DNA of 59,005 nt, filler included. It is 7 parts of 7 records of this genome, joined end to end, with 100 filler letters (N's around TTAATTAATTAA, not from the genome) between each part and the next. Parts side by side here need not be neighbours in the genome. Positions count along the whole stretch, not along the records: positions 50,191 to 59,005 come from SRR31156797_5808; 6 more parts are not named here. The stretch is one strand, 5' to 3'. The position numbers were made by a program, and so were the translations under genes. The notes beneath the pieces were generated by a model. That model was given only the letters and a program-made list of their open reading frames with translations. It was not told the origin of the DNA and did not search any database. Shown here one piece after another: positions 50,191-59,005 of this stretch; positions within the stretch are counted from its first letter, which is position 1; every line of letters begins with the position of its first letter.

Positions 50191-51183
50191 ATATTTAGTA
50201 AGTTTCCAGAATCTTGATTTTTTATCAAATAGATTCCAAACTAAACCTAATGTTAATAAGAAATATCCTAAATAAGTTGGCCATTTTCCAGGGTCGTTGT
50301 TTACTGACAATACTGTTCCTTGTTCATCTTGGTCATAAGAGCTTTGGAAAAATAAGAAGTTACCTTGGTGAAGTGTTCTATTCATAAAGATTCTATAATC
50401 AAATTTGTTTCCATCTGGTTCTATAACTGTAACTTCAGATGCATATGATGAAGGAGCCATACTTCCAGGGTATCTGTCAAGCTGGAAATCTCTTAGTTTG
50501 ATTGCAAAAGGTAGTTGTAAAACTTTTGAACCATACTCTAAAGTAACTACAGTATCTCCAAAATCTTCAACCTTTGAGAAACCTTTCATTCCTCTTTTAC
50601 CTGCTAACTTAACTGTTTTTGTTTGCCCATTTAATATGGCATCAACAGTTAAGATACTCATATCGTTGTTACCTTTTTTAGCATACATAAAATTGTTAAA
50701 TTTTACTACAAGTTCTTTATCTTTGAATTTGATGTTATATGTAAAATCATTGCTACCTAAAGCACTTAACTCAAGAGGATATTCTTTATAATAAGACGCA
50801 TCTTCTTGTTTGATTTTAACTTGTAAGTAAGGCTCAAGTGAAATCATTCTATTTTCAGTTGCACCTTCTCTAATGTGGATAATTCCCTCATATCCTAAGT
50901 ATCTAGTAACTCCTGCACCAATTAAAATAACTACAAAAGCAATATGGAAAATAAATCTTGCAGGGTTTTTCCACATTTTGAACTTTATAATTATACCCAT
51001 AAGGTTAATAGTTGTAAGAACCATTACCGTTTCATACCAAATGTTGTTGTATACAAGAACTCTAGCTGATGATGTTCCAAAATCATTTTCAATAAATGTT
51101 GCAACACCCGCACCAATGGCAAGTAAGGCCATAAGTACCAAAGTTGTCTTAAGTGAGAATAGTATATTTAAGACTTTCTTCAA
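50191..51183 (-). CDS. cytochrome c biogenesis protein (ResB/CcsB part of CcsBA), 3' truncated
   Basis: ATFIENDFG, FHIAF, YPGS..PSSYASEV, FFQSSYD. Confidence 0.85.
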
Positions 51184-51332
51184 TATTAATCCTTTATTTT
51201 AGCGTATTTCATTATACTTTTTTAATATGCACTTAGTGTGTAGTGATACCAAATTTCGTAATTATAACGAAAAAGATATTCTAAAGCCTTGACTATAATC
51301 ATCTATTTAATAAATTATTTATATAATTGCAT

Positions 51333-52247
51333 ATGGATTTAGAAGAATTAAAAAAGAAAAAAGACGATTGTAGGTATTGGAAAAATGTACAACCTTGGTA
51401 TGAGCAATTACAAAAAGTTTTTGAGTTAGAAAAGGGAAACTTAAAACTAGAATATGGTGATTGGTTTACAGTAGGTAAAAGAGAGAATTTAACTGACCAA
51501 GAATATGCATTAATCGAAGAAACTGCAAAAAAATTAATACCTTGGAGAAAAGGGCCTTTTAATATTTTTGGACTAGAGATAGATAGTGAGTGGCAAAGTA
51601 ATATCAAATACAATCTAATCAGACCACATTTTAATTTAAAAGATAAAGTTGTAGCTGATATTGGGTGTAACAATGGTTATTATATGTTTAGAATGCTTGA
51701 AGACAAGCCAAAAAGATTGATTGGGTTTGACCCTTCTGCTTTAACTTTACACCAATTTGAGTTTATTAATCATTTTGTTAAATCTGACATTATTTATGAA
51801 ATGTTAGGAGTAGAGCATTTAGAGTACTATAATCATAAGTTTGATTTTATCTTTATGTTAGGTGTTTTATATCATAGACCAGACCCAGTTGGAACTTTAA
51901 AATCTTTGGCAAGAGGATTAAATAGTAAAGGTGAGATTTTAATTGATACCTTTATGATTGATGGTGAAGATGAGCTATGTTTAACACCAAGAAAAAGATA
52001 CTCAAAAATACCAAATATCTATTTTATTCCAACTGTATCAGCATTAGAAAATTGGCTAGTAAGAGCAGGTTTTGAAAATATTGAAGTATTAGCAATAACA
52101 ACAACTACTTCTGAAGAACAAAGAAAAACTGAATGGTCTTTTGATCAAAGTTTGGAGGATTTTTTAGACCCAAATGATAGTACAAAAACTGTTGAGGGAT
52201 ATCCTGCACCTAAAAGGGTTTATGTAAAAGCAAGAAAGATACAATAG
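51333..52247 (+). CDS. cmoB: tRNA U34 carboxymethyltransferase
   Basis: PWRKGPF, IDSEW.S, DIGCNNGYY, GVLYHR, TVEGYPAP. Confidence 0.93.
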   Translation: MDLEELKKKKDDCRYWKNVQPWYEQLQKVFELEKGNLKLEYGDWFTVGKRENLTDQEYALIEETAKKLIPWRKGPFNIFGLEIDSEWQSNIKYNLIRPHFNLKDKVVADIGCNNGYYMFRMLEDKPKRLIGFDPSALTLHQFEFINHFVKSDIIYEMLGVEHLEYYNHKFDFIFMLGVLYHRPDPVGTLKSLARGLNSKGEILIDTFMIDGEDELCLTPRKRYSKIPNIYFIPTVSALENWLVRAGFENIEVLAITTTTSEEQRKTEWSFDQSLEDFLDPNDSTKTVEGYPAPKRVYVKARKIQ

Positions 52248-52248
52248 C

Positions 52249-53223
52249 TTAGAAAAGTTCTATTGTATCTTCTGCCTTGAGTTCTTTGAACTTAAAGTAT
52301 TGACTTCTACCTTTGTTTTTTGCTTCATATAAAGCTATATCTGCATTTTTGATAGTTTTATCAATACTGTCATCTGGATTAGAAGTATCAAAAACATCTA
52401 TTCCAACACATACTGTTTTTTTAAGTATATGCCCATCTTGATTAACGACAACTTCTACTTTACTAAAGTCTTTAATGATGTTATTTGCTATTTTTTCTAT
52501 TTCTGAGTCATTGTCGCTACTTAACATAGAGATTAAAAATTCATCTCCACTAAGTCTTGCAACCATATCGAACTCTGAAATATTTGTATGAACTACTTTT
52601 GCAAGCTCAACTAATACTTGATCTGCAATATCATGGTCAAATTCATCTATAACTGCTTTGAAGTGATCAATTCCAACCATCAAAAAGAAAATTCTTTTAT
52701 ACTCTTTTTTTGATAATGTAATTTGTTTATTTAGGTTTTCTATTAGATAATGTCTATTGTAAACTTTTGTTACAGAATCTAAAGATAAAGATTCTATAAA
52801 GTTTTTCTTTATAATACCATTTTGTAAGATAGGAGAAACCTGAAATAAAGCAGCTTCAATAATATTATAATTTTTTTCAATTAGTGCATAATGCTCACTT
52901 GAAGTTGCATTAAAAGACACAATTGCATTTAAGTTTGTGTGTGTATTAACAATAAAGAAAAAAGACATAGAGTCATCAAGGTAAAACTCTTCTCCCTCTA
53001 CAAAAATATTTTCCCTATTGTTTCTTTCAATATCAAAAAGAGCAAAAGTTACATTATCAACATCGAAATTTGTATGCAACCAAACATAAATATCTTCAGC
53101 CATTTGTCTAATATTTGAAGAGTATTGAAGTTGGTCATAAAGTTGATATATTTTCTCTAACGACTTGTATGCTTCTTTGTTTGTAGCAGACTCATTAATA
53201 AGTGTTAAAATACTATTTTTCAT
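52249..53223 (-). CDS. degenerate GGDEF-domain protein (SGDEF)
   Basis: GIDHFKAVIDEF, RLSGDEF, ALYEAKNKGR. Confidence 0.85.
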   Translation of the reverse strand: MKNSILTLINESATNKEAYKSLEKIYQLYDQLQYSSNIRQMAEDIYVWLHTNFDVDNVTFALFDIERNNRENIFVEGEEFYLDDSMSFFFIVNTHTNLNAIVSFNATSSEHYALIEKNYNIIEAALFQVSPILQNGIIKKNFIESLSLDSVTKVYNRHYLIENLNKQITLSKKEYKRIFFLMVGIDHFKAVIDEFDHDIADQVLVELAKVVHTNISEFDMVARLSGDEFLISMLSSDNDSEIEKIANNIIKDFSKVEVVVNQDGHILKKTVCVGIDVFDTSNPDDSIDKTIKNADIALYEAKNKGRSQYFKFKELKAEDTIELF

Positions 53224-53231
53224 AATATACC

Positions 53232-54125
53232 CTAAAATAATTCAATTGTATTATTATCCTCTTTTTTAAATTTAAAAAGCTGACTTCTTCCTCTATTTTT
53301 TGCTTCATATAAAGCTATATCAGAAGACCTAAAAATCTCTTCAATTTTTTCAGCATCATCAGGATATATCGATATCCCTGTACAAACAGTTTTCATTAAT
53401 GTTTGATTTGTACTTTCATCTACTATAACTTTAACATCTTTAAAGTTCTCAATTATTTTGTTTGCAACCATTATAGCATTATTTTCGCTACTTATGTTAT
53501 GAAGTACAATTAAAAATTCATCTGCTTCTATTCTAGCAATAATATCTGACTTTCTTACTGAATTCTCTATATTTTTTGCCAATTCCTTTAATACTTTATC
53601 TCCAATTTCATAGTTAAACTCGTCTATTACGGCTTTAAAGTGATCTACACCAACTTTTAGAAAAGCAAGTTTTTTAGATTCTCTTTTTGATAAAGGTAAT
53701 GTTGTTTTTAAATATTCATTTACAAATTTTCTATTGTAAAGCCCCGTCAAACTGTCTTTTAAGACAGATTCTTCAAGTTTGTATTCTAAATATCTGTTAT
53801 AAATAGTTTGAGATATAACCTTAAATGTAGTTTTTACTATTTCAAATGAAGCTTCAATATTATTTTTTTCATTTTCGCTGTAATAAATAAATACATTAAG
53901 GTTCTTATCATCATTTAGATGTACCTGAAAATCTTTCTTTAGAAGATTTTCCTCATTTTCAAAGTTTTTGAACAAACTATTATTTTCAAACTTTAATTCA
54001 ATTTTAGTAATAGCATAGTCTTTTTCTAAAAAAGATGATAAATATAATAAAATATCATCTAATTTTTTCAATGTAATAAGATGTTCATTTAATGCTATTA
54101 TCGTTTGAAAACTATATTGATCCAT
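53232..54125 (-). CDS. degenerate GGDEF-domain protein (EADEF, RxxD I-site)
   Basis: DSLTGLYNR, GVDHFK, RKSD..ARIEADEF. Confidence 0.85.
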   Translation of the reverse strand: MDQYSFQTIIALNEHLITLKKLDDILLYLSSFLEKDYAITKIELKFENNSLFKNFENEENLLKKDFQVHLNDDKNLNVFIYYSENEKNNIEASFEIVKTTFKVISQTIYNRYLEYKLEESVLKDSLTGLYNRKFVNEYLKTTLPLSKRESKKLAFLKVGVDHFKAVIDEFNYEIGDKVLKELAKNIENSVRKSDIIARIEADEFLIVLHNISSENNAIMVANKIIENFKDVKVIVDESTNQTLMKTVCTGISIYPDDAEKIEEIFRSSDIALYEAKNRGRSQLFKFKKEDNNTIELF

Positions 54126-54133
54126 ATATTATC

Positions 54134-54727
54134 CTATAAATAATTTTTCCAATTTTCTAATGAAAATCTTTCTTGTGTTAAAGTTGTTGATGGTCCATGA
54201 CCTGGATAGATTCGAATATTTTTATTCCAACTTAATACTTTGTCTATGCTTGCTTTCATATCTGAAGGACTTGAAAATGGAAAGTCTGTTCTTCCAATTG
54301 AGTTATTGAAAATAAAATCTCCTGAAAATAATGAATCATTTATTTCAATTGCTGAACATCCTGGTGTATGTCCTGGAAAAAAATGAAACTTTACTTTTAC
54401 ACCATCAAAATCTAACTCTTCATCTGGTTCAACTAGATAATCAGGAGTTGATGGTGGCATTCCAAGACCATAAGGGTCTTGTTGTAACATAAATTCATCA
54501 TTTTTAGGTGTATATATTTTTAAATCAAGAAGTTTGCTTAATTCATCGTTTGACCATACATGATCGAAGTGTCCATGGGTATTTAATATTGCTACTGGAT
54601 TTTTAACATTTTGTTTGACCCAAGCTGTAGCTCCTACCCCTGGATCTATAATGAAATCTTTCCCCTCAACAGTAATAATATAACAGTTAGTTTGATAATC
54701 TCCCATTGGTTGAATTTTAATACTCAT
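54134..54727 (-). CDS. MBL-fold metallo-hydrolase (glyoxalase II/YcbL-like)
   Basis: THGHFDH, PGHTPG, SGD, PGHG. Confidence 0.92.
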   Translation of the reverse strand: MSIKIQPMGDYQTNCYIITVEGKDFIIDPGVGATAWVKQNVKNPVAILNTHGHFDHVWSNDELSKLLDLKIYTPKNDEFMLQQDPYGLGMPPSTPDYLVEPDEELDFDGVKVKFHFFPGHTPGCSAIEINDSLFSGDFIFNNSIGRTDFPFSSPSDMKASIDKVLSWNKNIRIYPGHGPSTTLTQERFSLENWKNYL

Positions 54728-54797
54728 TCTTTCCCTACTACTTTTTAATTCTAAATTAGTTATTATAGTATATATAATTGAAGCTGTAAGGTAGTTT

Positions 54798-55616
54798 ATG
54801 AAATATTATAAATTATTGGAAAATATAATTTTAACTCCAACTCCAAAGGAGAAAATCAAAAAGTTTGAAACTTTTTATGAACAATATAAAAATGATGAAT
54901 TAGAATTTGAAAAAAATTATTTACCATATAAAATGGAAGAACCGTCATATAAAGGTACATTAAAAGAAGTTCTGTCATATAAAACAAAACAGAGAAAATA
55001 TGTAAATACAAAAGAGGGGAAAATTAACCTTCTTCATACAATAGCACATATTGAATATTCAGCAATAGATTTAGCATTAGATGCTGCACTTAGATTTCAA
55101 GATATGCCAAAAGAGTATTATTCTGATTGGTTAGAAGTAGCAGAAGATGAAATAAGACACTTTTTGATGATAGAAAAACTACTAAAAGAGTTAGGCTCTT
55201 TTTATGGAGATTTAGAAGTTCATACAAATCTTTTTGAAGCGATGAAGAGTACTCCTGATGTAGTGTCTAGAATGGCTGTTGTACCAAGATATTTAGAGGC
55301 AAATGGTTTAGAACAAAATCCCAAAATAATGGAAAAATTAAAATCAAATTTTGACCAATTTAATAAGAAAATACTAGATGCATTAAATATTATCTTAGAT
55401 GAAGAGATAACTCATGTATATAAAGGGGATAAATGGTTTAAATATGTTTGCAAAATCAATAACTTAGAACCTGAAGAAACATATATTCAAATGTTAGAAA
55501 AAGTATTTCCAGGAAGTACAAAAAGAAAGCAAGATTTAAATTTTGAAGCTAGAAAGAAAGCTGGCTTTTCTTGCGATGAGTTGAAATTTTTATCAAAAAA
55601 AGAAGATTGTAACTAG
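54798..55616 (+). CDS. ferritin-like DUF455 protein
   Basis: HTIAHIEYSAIDLA, DEIRHF, LEANGL, EEITHV..G..W. Confidence 0.88.
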   Translation: MKYYKLLENIILTPTPKEKIKKFETFYEQYKNDELEFEKNYLPYKMEEPSYKGTLKEVLSYKTKQRKYVNTKEGKINLLHTIAHIEYSAIDLALDAALRFQDMPKEYYSDWLEVAEDEIRHFLMIEKLLKELGSFYGDLEVHTNLFEAMKSTPDVVSRMAVVPRYLEANGLEQNPKIMEKLKSNFDQFNKKILDALNIILDEEITHVYKGDKWFKYVCKINNLEPEETYIQMLEKVFPGSTKRKQDLNFEARKKAGFSCDELKFLSKKEDCN

Positions 55617-55730
55617 TATTTGTAAAGTATCTGTTTATATTTGTGTAACCAAATAAGTACCATTTTATGATATAGTATTAAAATATAATAATCAAAAATT
55701 ATATAAAATATTTATGAAATAGGATTATTT

Positions 55731-56261
55731 ATGGATACAAAAATAGTACTTATAGTTGGTCCAAGTGGAGCAGGGAAAGATACTTTAGTAAACACTGCAA
55801 AAGAAAATTTAAAAGATAAAATCAATTTTGTAAAAAGATATATTACAAGAATAACAGATGCAAATGAAGATAACTATTATATTGATGAATATGCATTTGA
55901 AATATTAAGACATAATAGTTATTTTGCATCTAGCTGGAGTGCTTATGGTTATTTTTACGGTATACCAAAAAGATTTATCAAAAATGGTATAAATATAATT
56001 AGTGTTTCAAGAGCAAGAATAAAAGATTTTGAAAACTTATTTGAAAATGTATATACAATAAATATAACTATACCCAAAGAGCTTGCAAAGACTAGATTAG
56101 AAAAAAGAAGTAGAGAATCAAAAGAAGAGATAACACAGCGTTTAAATCGAGATTATAAAGAGATAGAGTGCAAAAATCTTATAGAATTTGATAACTCTTT
56201 GCCTCTTGAAGAGTCAAGGGAAATTTTTTTAAAACTATTAGAGAAAATTGAAAATGATTAA
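55731..56261 (+). CDS. PhnN/guanylate-kinase-like P-loop kinase
   Basis: VGPSGAGKDTL, RYITR, W.AYG..YGIP, SR. Confidence 0.75.
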   Translation: MDTKIVLIVGPSGAGKDTLVNTAKENLKDKINFVKRYITRITDANEDNYYIDEYAFEILRHNSYFASSWSAYGYFYGIPKRFIKNGINIISVSRARIKDFENLFENVYTINITIPKELAKTRLEKRSRESKEEITQRLNRDYKEIECKNLIEFDNSLPLEESREIFLKLLEKIEND

Positions 56262-56937
56262 TCTTAAAATAGCTACATTTAATCTAAATGAAGATAATGG
56301 AGTATTTCCTGAAAGAATATATGATTTATCAAATATAATATATAAAAATAGGTTTGATATTATATGTCTACAGGAGGATTATAGCTCACATAAATTTTCT
56401 TCTAGTAAGTTTTTAAATATTGAATTAGACTATAATTATTTGACTATAAAAATTAGAGAAAAAGTTAGAAACGGTATTTTAAGCACTTCAAATTTAACAG
56501 TTTTATCCAAATATAAAATTTCACTTTTAGATGTACTTTATTTTAACAAAGGAAAAGAAGAAGAAAAAGCAACAATTTTTGCAAAAGTTGTTTACAAAGG
56601 TAAAAAGATTTTGTTAGTTAATACTCATCTTTTTGATAACAATAGTTCAAGAAGAGTTATGCAAATAAAGGAGATATTAAAGAAAATTGATAGTTATAAT
56701 GATTTTGATACAGTTATTTTAGCTGGAGATTTAAATGCACTTCCTTCTTTTAAAGAGGTACAACTAATTGAAGAACAAGGTTTTGTAAATAAAAACAATG
56801 AGTTTACGCATGAAGATAAAGTTATACTTGATTATATTTTTATAAAAACCGAAAAAAGACTTGATATTGATTCAAAAGTTTTACTAAAAGGTTTTAGTGA
56901 CCACAACTGTTTGTTAAATGTTTTTAAACTATATTAA
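56254..56937 (+). CDS. endonuclease/exonuclease/phosphatase (EEP) family protein
   Basis: TFN, LQE, NTHL, AGDLN, DYIF, SDH. Confidence 0.88.
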   Translation: MINLKIATFNLNEDNGVFPERIYDLSNIIYKNRFDIICLQEDYSSHKFSSSKFLNIELDYNYLTIKIREKVRNGILSTSNLTVLSKYKISLLDVLYFNKGKEEEKATIFAKVVYKGKKILLVNTHLFDNNSSRRVMQIKEILKKIDSYNDFDTVILAGDLNALPSFKEVQLIEEQGFVNKNNEFTHEDKVILDYIFIKTEKRLDIDSKVLLKGFSDHNCLLNVFKLY

Positions 56938-56963
56938 ATAAGCATGAAAAAATTCATGCTTAT
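56938..56963. terminator. hairpin between convergent genes
   Basis: ATAAGCATGAA-AAAA-TTCATGCTTAT. Confidence 0.65.
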
Positions 56964-56966
56964 AAT

Positions 56967-58184
56967 TTAAAACTTTGAGTTAGGAATAGGGTAGTTTTCA
57001 ACAACAAAGTCTATATCTTTGTCTCCTCTACCACTTACATTTACAACTATAGTTTCATCTTTTGGTAAATCTTTTGCAATTTTCATTGCATAAGCTACTG
57101 CGTGCGCTGATTCTAAAGCAGGAATAATCCCTTCTAACTGAGAAAGTTTATAAAATGCATCAATAGCTTCTTCATCATTGCATAAACCAACAATTGTTCT
57201 TCCTGATTCTTTCAAAAATGCATGTTCAGGACCAACTGAAGGGTAGTCTATACCAGAACCTACAGAATAAACTGGTGCAGGTTCACCTTTGTCATCTTTT
57301 AACATAATTGAGTTAAACCCATGCATTATTCCCTCTTCCCCATGAGTTAAACTTGCAGCGTGTTGACCTAGATTTTCTCCAATTCCCATTGGTTCGACAC
57401 CATGTAATTTTACTTCTTTATTATCTATAAATGCAGAAAAAATTCCCATTGCATTTGAACCTCCACCAACACAAGCAATAATATTATTTGGAAGTTTACC
57501 ATTTTCGTGCTCTTTAAATTGTTCTTTAACTTCAAAACCTATAACACTTTGGAAGTCTCTAACCATCATAGGAAAAGGGTGTGGTCCTACAACTGAACCA
57601 ATACAATAGATTGAAGTATCTGCTTGCTTAACATAGCTTTCAAAAGCAGAATCAACTGCTTCTTTTAAAGTTTTTAATCCATGATTTGCAGGGATAACTT
57701 TTGCACCTAATATTTTCATCCTAATCACATTTGGATGTTCTTTTTTAATATCAACTTCACCCATATGAATCTCACACTCTAAACCAAAATAAGCAGCAGC
57801 TGTAGCTAGTGCAACTCCATGTTGCCCAGCACCTGTTTCTGCAATAACTTTTTTAAACCCCATATGTTTTGCTAAAATAACTTCTGCCATACAATGGTTA
57901 AGTTTGTGTGCACCAGAATGGTTTAAATCTTCTCTTTTTAGATAGATTTTTGCCCCGCCACAATGGTTTGTAAGGTTTTTAGCAAAAGATAAAGGTGTAG
58001 GTCTTCCTTGATAATGTTTTCTAACATACATTAGCTCTTCAATAAATTTTGGGTCATCTTTTAGTTTGCTATATGCTTCTGTTATTTTTGCAAAAGGTTC
58101 AACTAACACTTCTGGAATATAAGAACCTCCAAACTTTCCAAAAAAACCATTTTCATCAGGGTAGTTTTCCAAATAGTTAGACAT
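56967..58184 (-). CDS. trpB: tryptophan synthase beta subunit
   Basis: [34 protein letters not shown]. Confidence 0.95.
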   Translation of the reverse strand: MSNYLENYPDENGFFGKFGGSYIPEVLVEPFAKITEAYSKLKDDPKFIEELMYVRKHYQGRPTPLSFAKNLTNHCGGAKIYLKREDLNHSGAHKLNHCMAEVILAKHMGFKKVIAETGAGQHGVALATAAAYFGLECEIHMGEVDIKKEHPNVIRMKILGAKVIPANHGLKTLKEAVDSAFESYVKQADTSIYCIGSVVGPHPFPMMVRDFQSVIGFEVKEQFKEHENGKLPNNIIACVGGGSNAMGIFSAFIDNKEVKLHGVEPMGIGENLGQHAASLTHGEEGIMHGFNSIMLKDDKGEPAPVYSVGSGIDYPSVGPEHAFLKESGRTIVGLCNDEEAIDAFYKLSQLEGIIPALESAHAVAYAMKIAKDLPKDETIVVNVSGRGDKDIDFVVENYPIPNSKF

Positions 58185-58385
58185 TTATTCTCCTTGTTTA
58201 AATCTGCTATATTGTCAATAAAAGAGAAATTAAATGACTAAAAAAAGATATAAAAGTAAATATAAGTTCTCTTTTAAAACATTAGTTTTTCGTAAGTGAA
58301 TGATTATATTCTATTAGTTGTTAAATAAAACTGTTGTTTATTATTATTTTTATTATAAGTTAATTATTTTTTATATAGTAGAAAA

Positions 58386-58414
58386 ATTTCCCTACTTGTT
58401 TAAAGTAGGGAAAT
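58386..58414 (-). terminator. intrinsic terminator after dnaJ
   Basis: ATTTCCCTACTT-GTTTA-AAGTAGGGAAAT, followed by a T tract on the minus strand. Confidence 0.75.
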
Positions 58415-58419
58415 AAGTT

Positions 58420-59005
58420 TTATTTAAACCAACTTTTTACTTTGTCAAACATATTTTCAAAGCTTGATTCATGTGGTTTACTTTCAACACCAAAACTCTC
58501 TTGAAGTTTTTCTAAAAGCTCTTCTTGCTCACTAGTTAAACTTTTAGGATAAGTGATTTTAATTTGAACAATAAAGTCACCTTTTCCATAACCTTGAACA
58601 GATTTTACACCCTCACCAGGAAATTTAAATTGTTCTTTGTCTTTTGTACCTGGTGGTACTCTAAGCTCTAATTCCCCTCTTAAACTAGGGATTTTGATAG
58701 TTGCTCCAAGTGCTACTTGAGTAAAGAAGATTGGCGCTTCAAGATAAATATCATCATCATGTCTGATAAAGTGAGAATCCTCTTTTACTTTAATTTGTAA
58801 GTATAAATCACCTCTTTGCCCATTTGGTGCAATATTACCTTTATTTGATACTCTAATTCTATTTCCATCATTTACCCCTTCTGGAATAGAAACTTCAAAT
58901 GTGTCTTTTTTCTCTTTATATCCATGCCCACTACAACTTTTACATTTATCTGTTGCTGCTTGACCTGAACCTTGACAGTGTGGACAAGTTTGTGCAAAAG
59001 TCATA
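58420..59005 (-). CDS. dnaJ: chaperone DnaJ, C-terminal part
   Basis: CxxCxGxG repeats, IPEGV, GDLY, C-terminal domain. Confidence 0.93.
   Translation of the reverse strand, partial: MTFAQTCPHCQGSGQAATDKCKSCSGHGYKEKKDTFEVSIPEGVNDGNRIRVSNKGNIAPNGQRGDLYLQIKVKEDSHFIRHDDDIYLEAPIFFTQVALGATIKIPSLRGELELRVPPGTKDKEQFKFPGEGVKSVQGYGKGDFIVQIKITYPKSLTSEQEELLEKLQESFGVESKPHESSFENMFDKVKSWFK

Noticed and set aside
1-59005. CRISPR arrays, tRNA and rRNA genes
   Set aside because: No regularly spaced repeat-spacer series, cloverleaf or rRNA signature seen by eye.

Overview
The window is not one locus. It is seven unrelated contigs joined by six artificial 100-nt linkers (N44-TTAATTAATTAA-N44), so gene neighbourhoods are only valid within a contig. 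Taxon labels are inferred from composition and gene content. Contig 1 (1-6795, very AT-rich, Fusobacteria/Firmicutes-like): a SIR2-domain protein and two tandem hybrid histidine kinases. Contigs 2-3 (6896-13456 and 13557-26315, GC-rich, Desulfobacterales-like): DEAD-box helicase, radical SAM enzyme, two-component system, CoA activase, SPFH protein, many deleted gene relics (including a contractile injection system remnant), geranylgeranyl reductase, a PRTase-codB operon, ADP-ribosylglycohydrolase and enoyl-CoA hydratase. Contigs 4-7 (26416-59005, AT-rich, Arcobacter/Campylobacterota-like): signalling genes, a photolyase cluster, pal, rplS, cmoB, trpB and dnaJ. Top finding: an unannotated ~150-nt structured RNA candidate (~137-290). 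It has its own sigma70 promoter, an operator-like palindrome and two UUCG hairpins, and it is transcribed convergently, ending right at the stop codon of the SIR2 (NADase-like) gene. This is a candidate RNA-regulated SIR2 toxin/defence system. Other highlights: an attenuator-controlled orphan PRTase plus cytosine permease, a leucine leader peptide before a probable leuA, and a terminator in a DEAD-box helicase leader.
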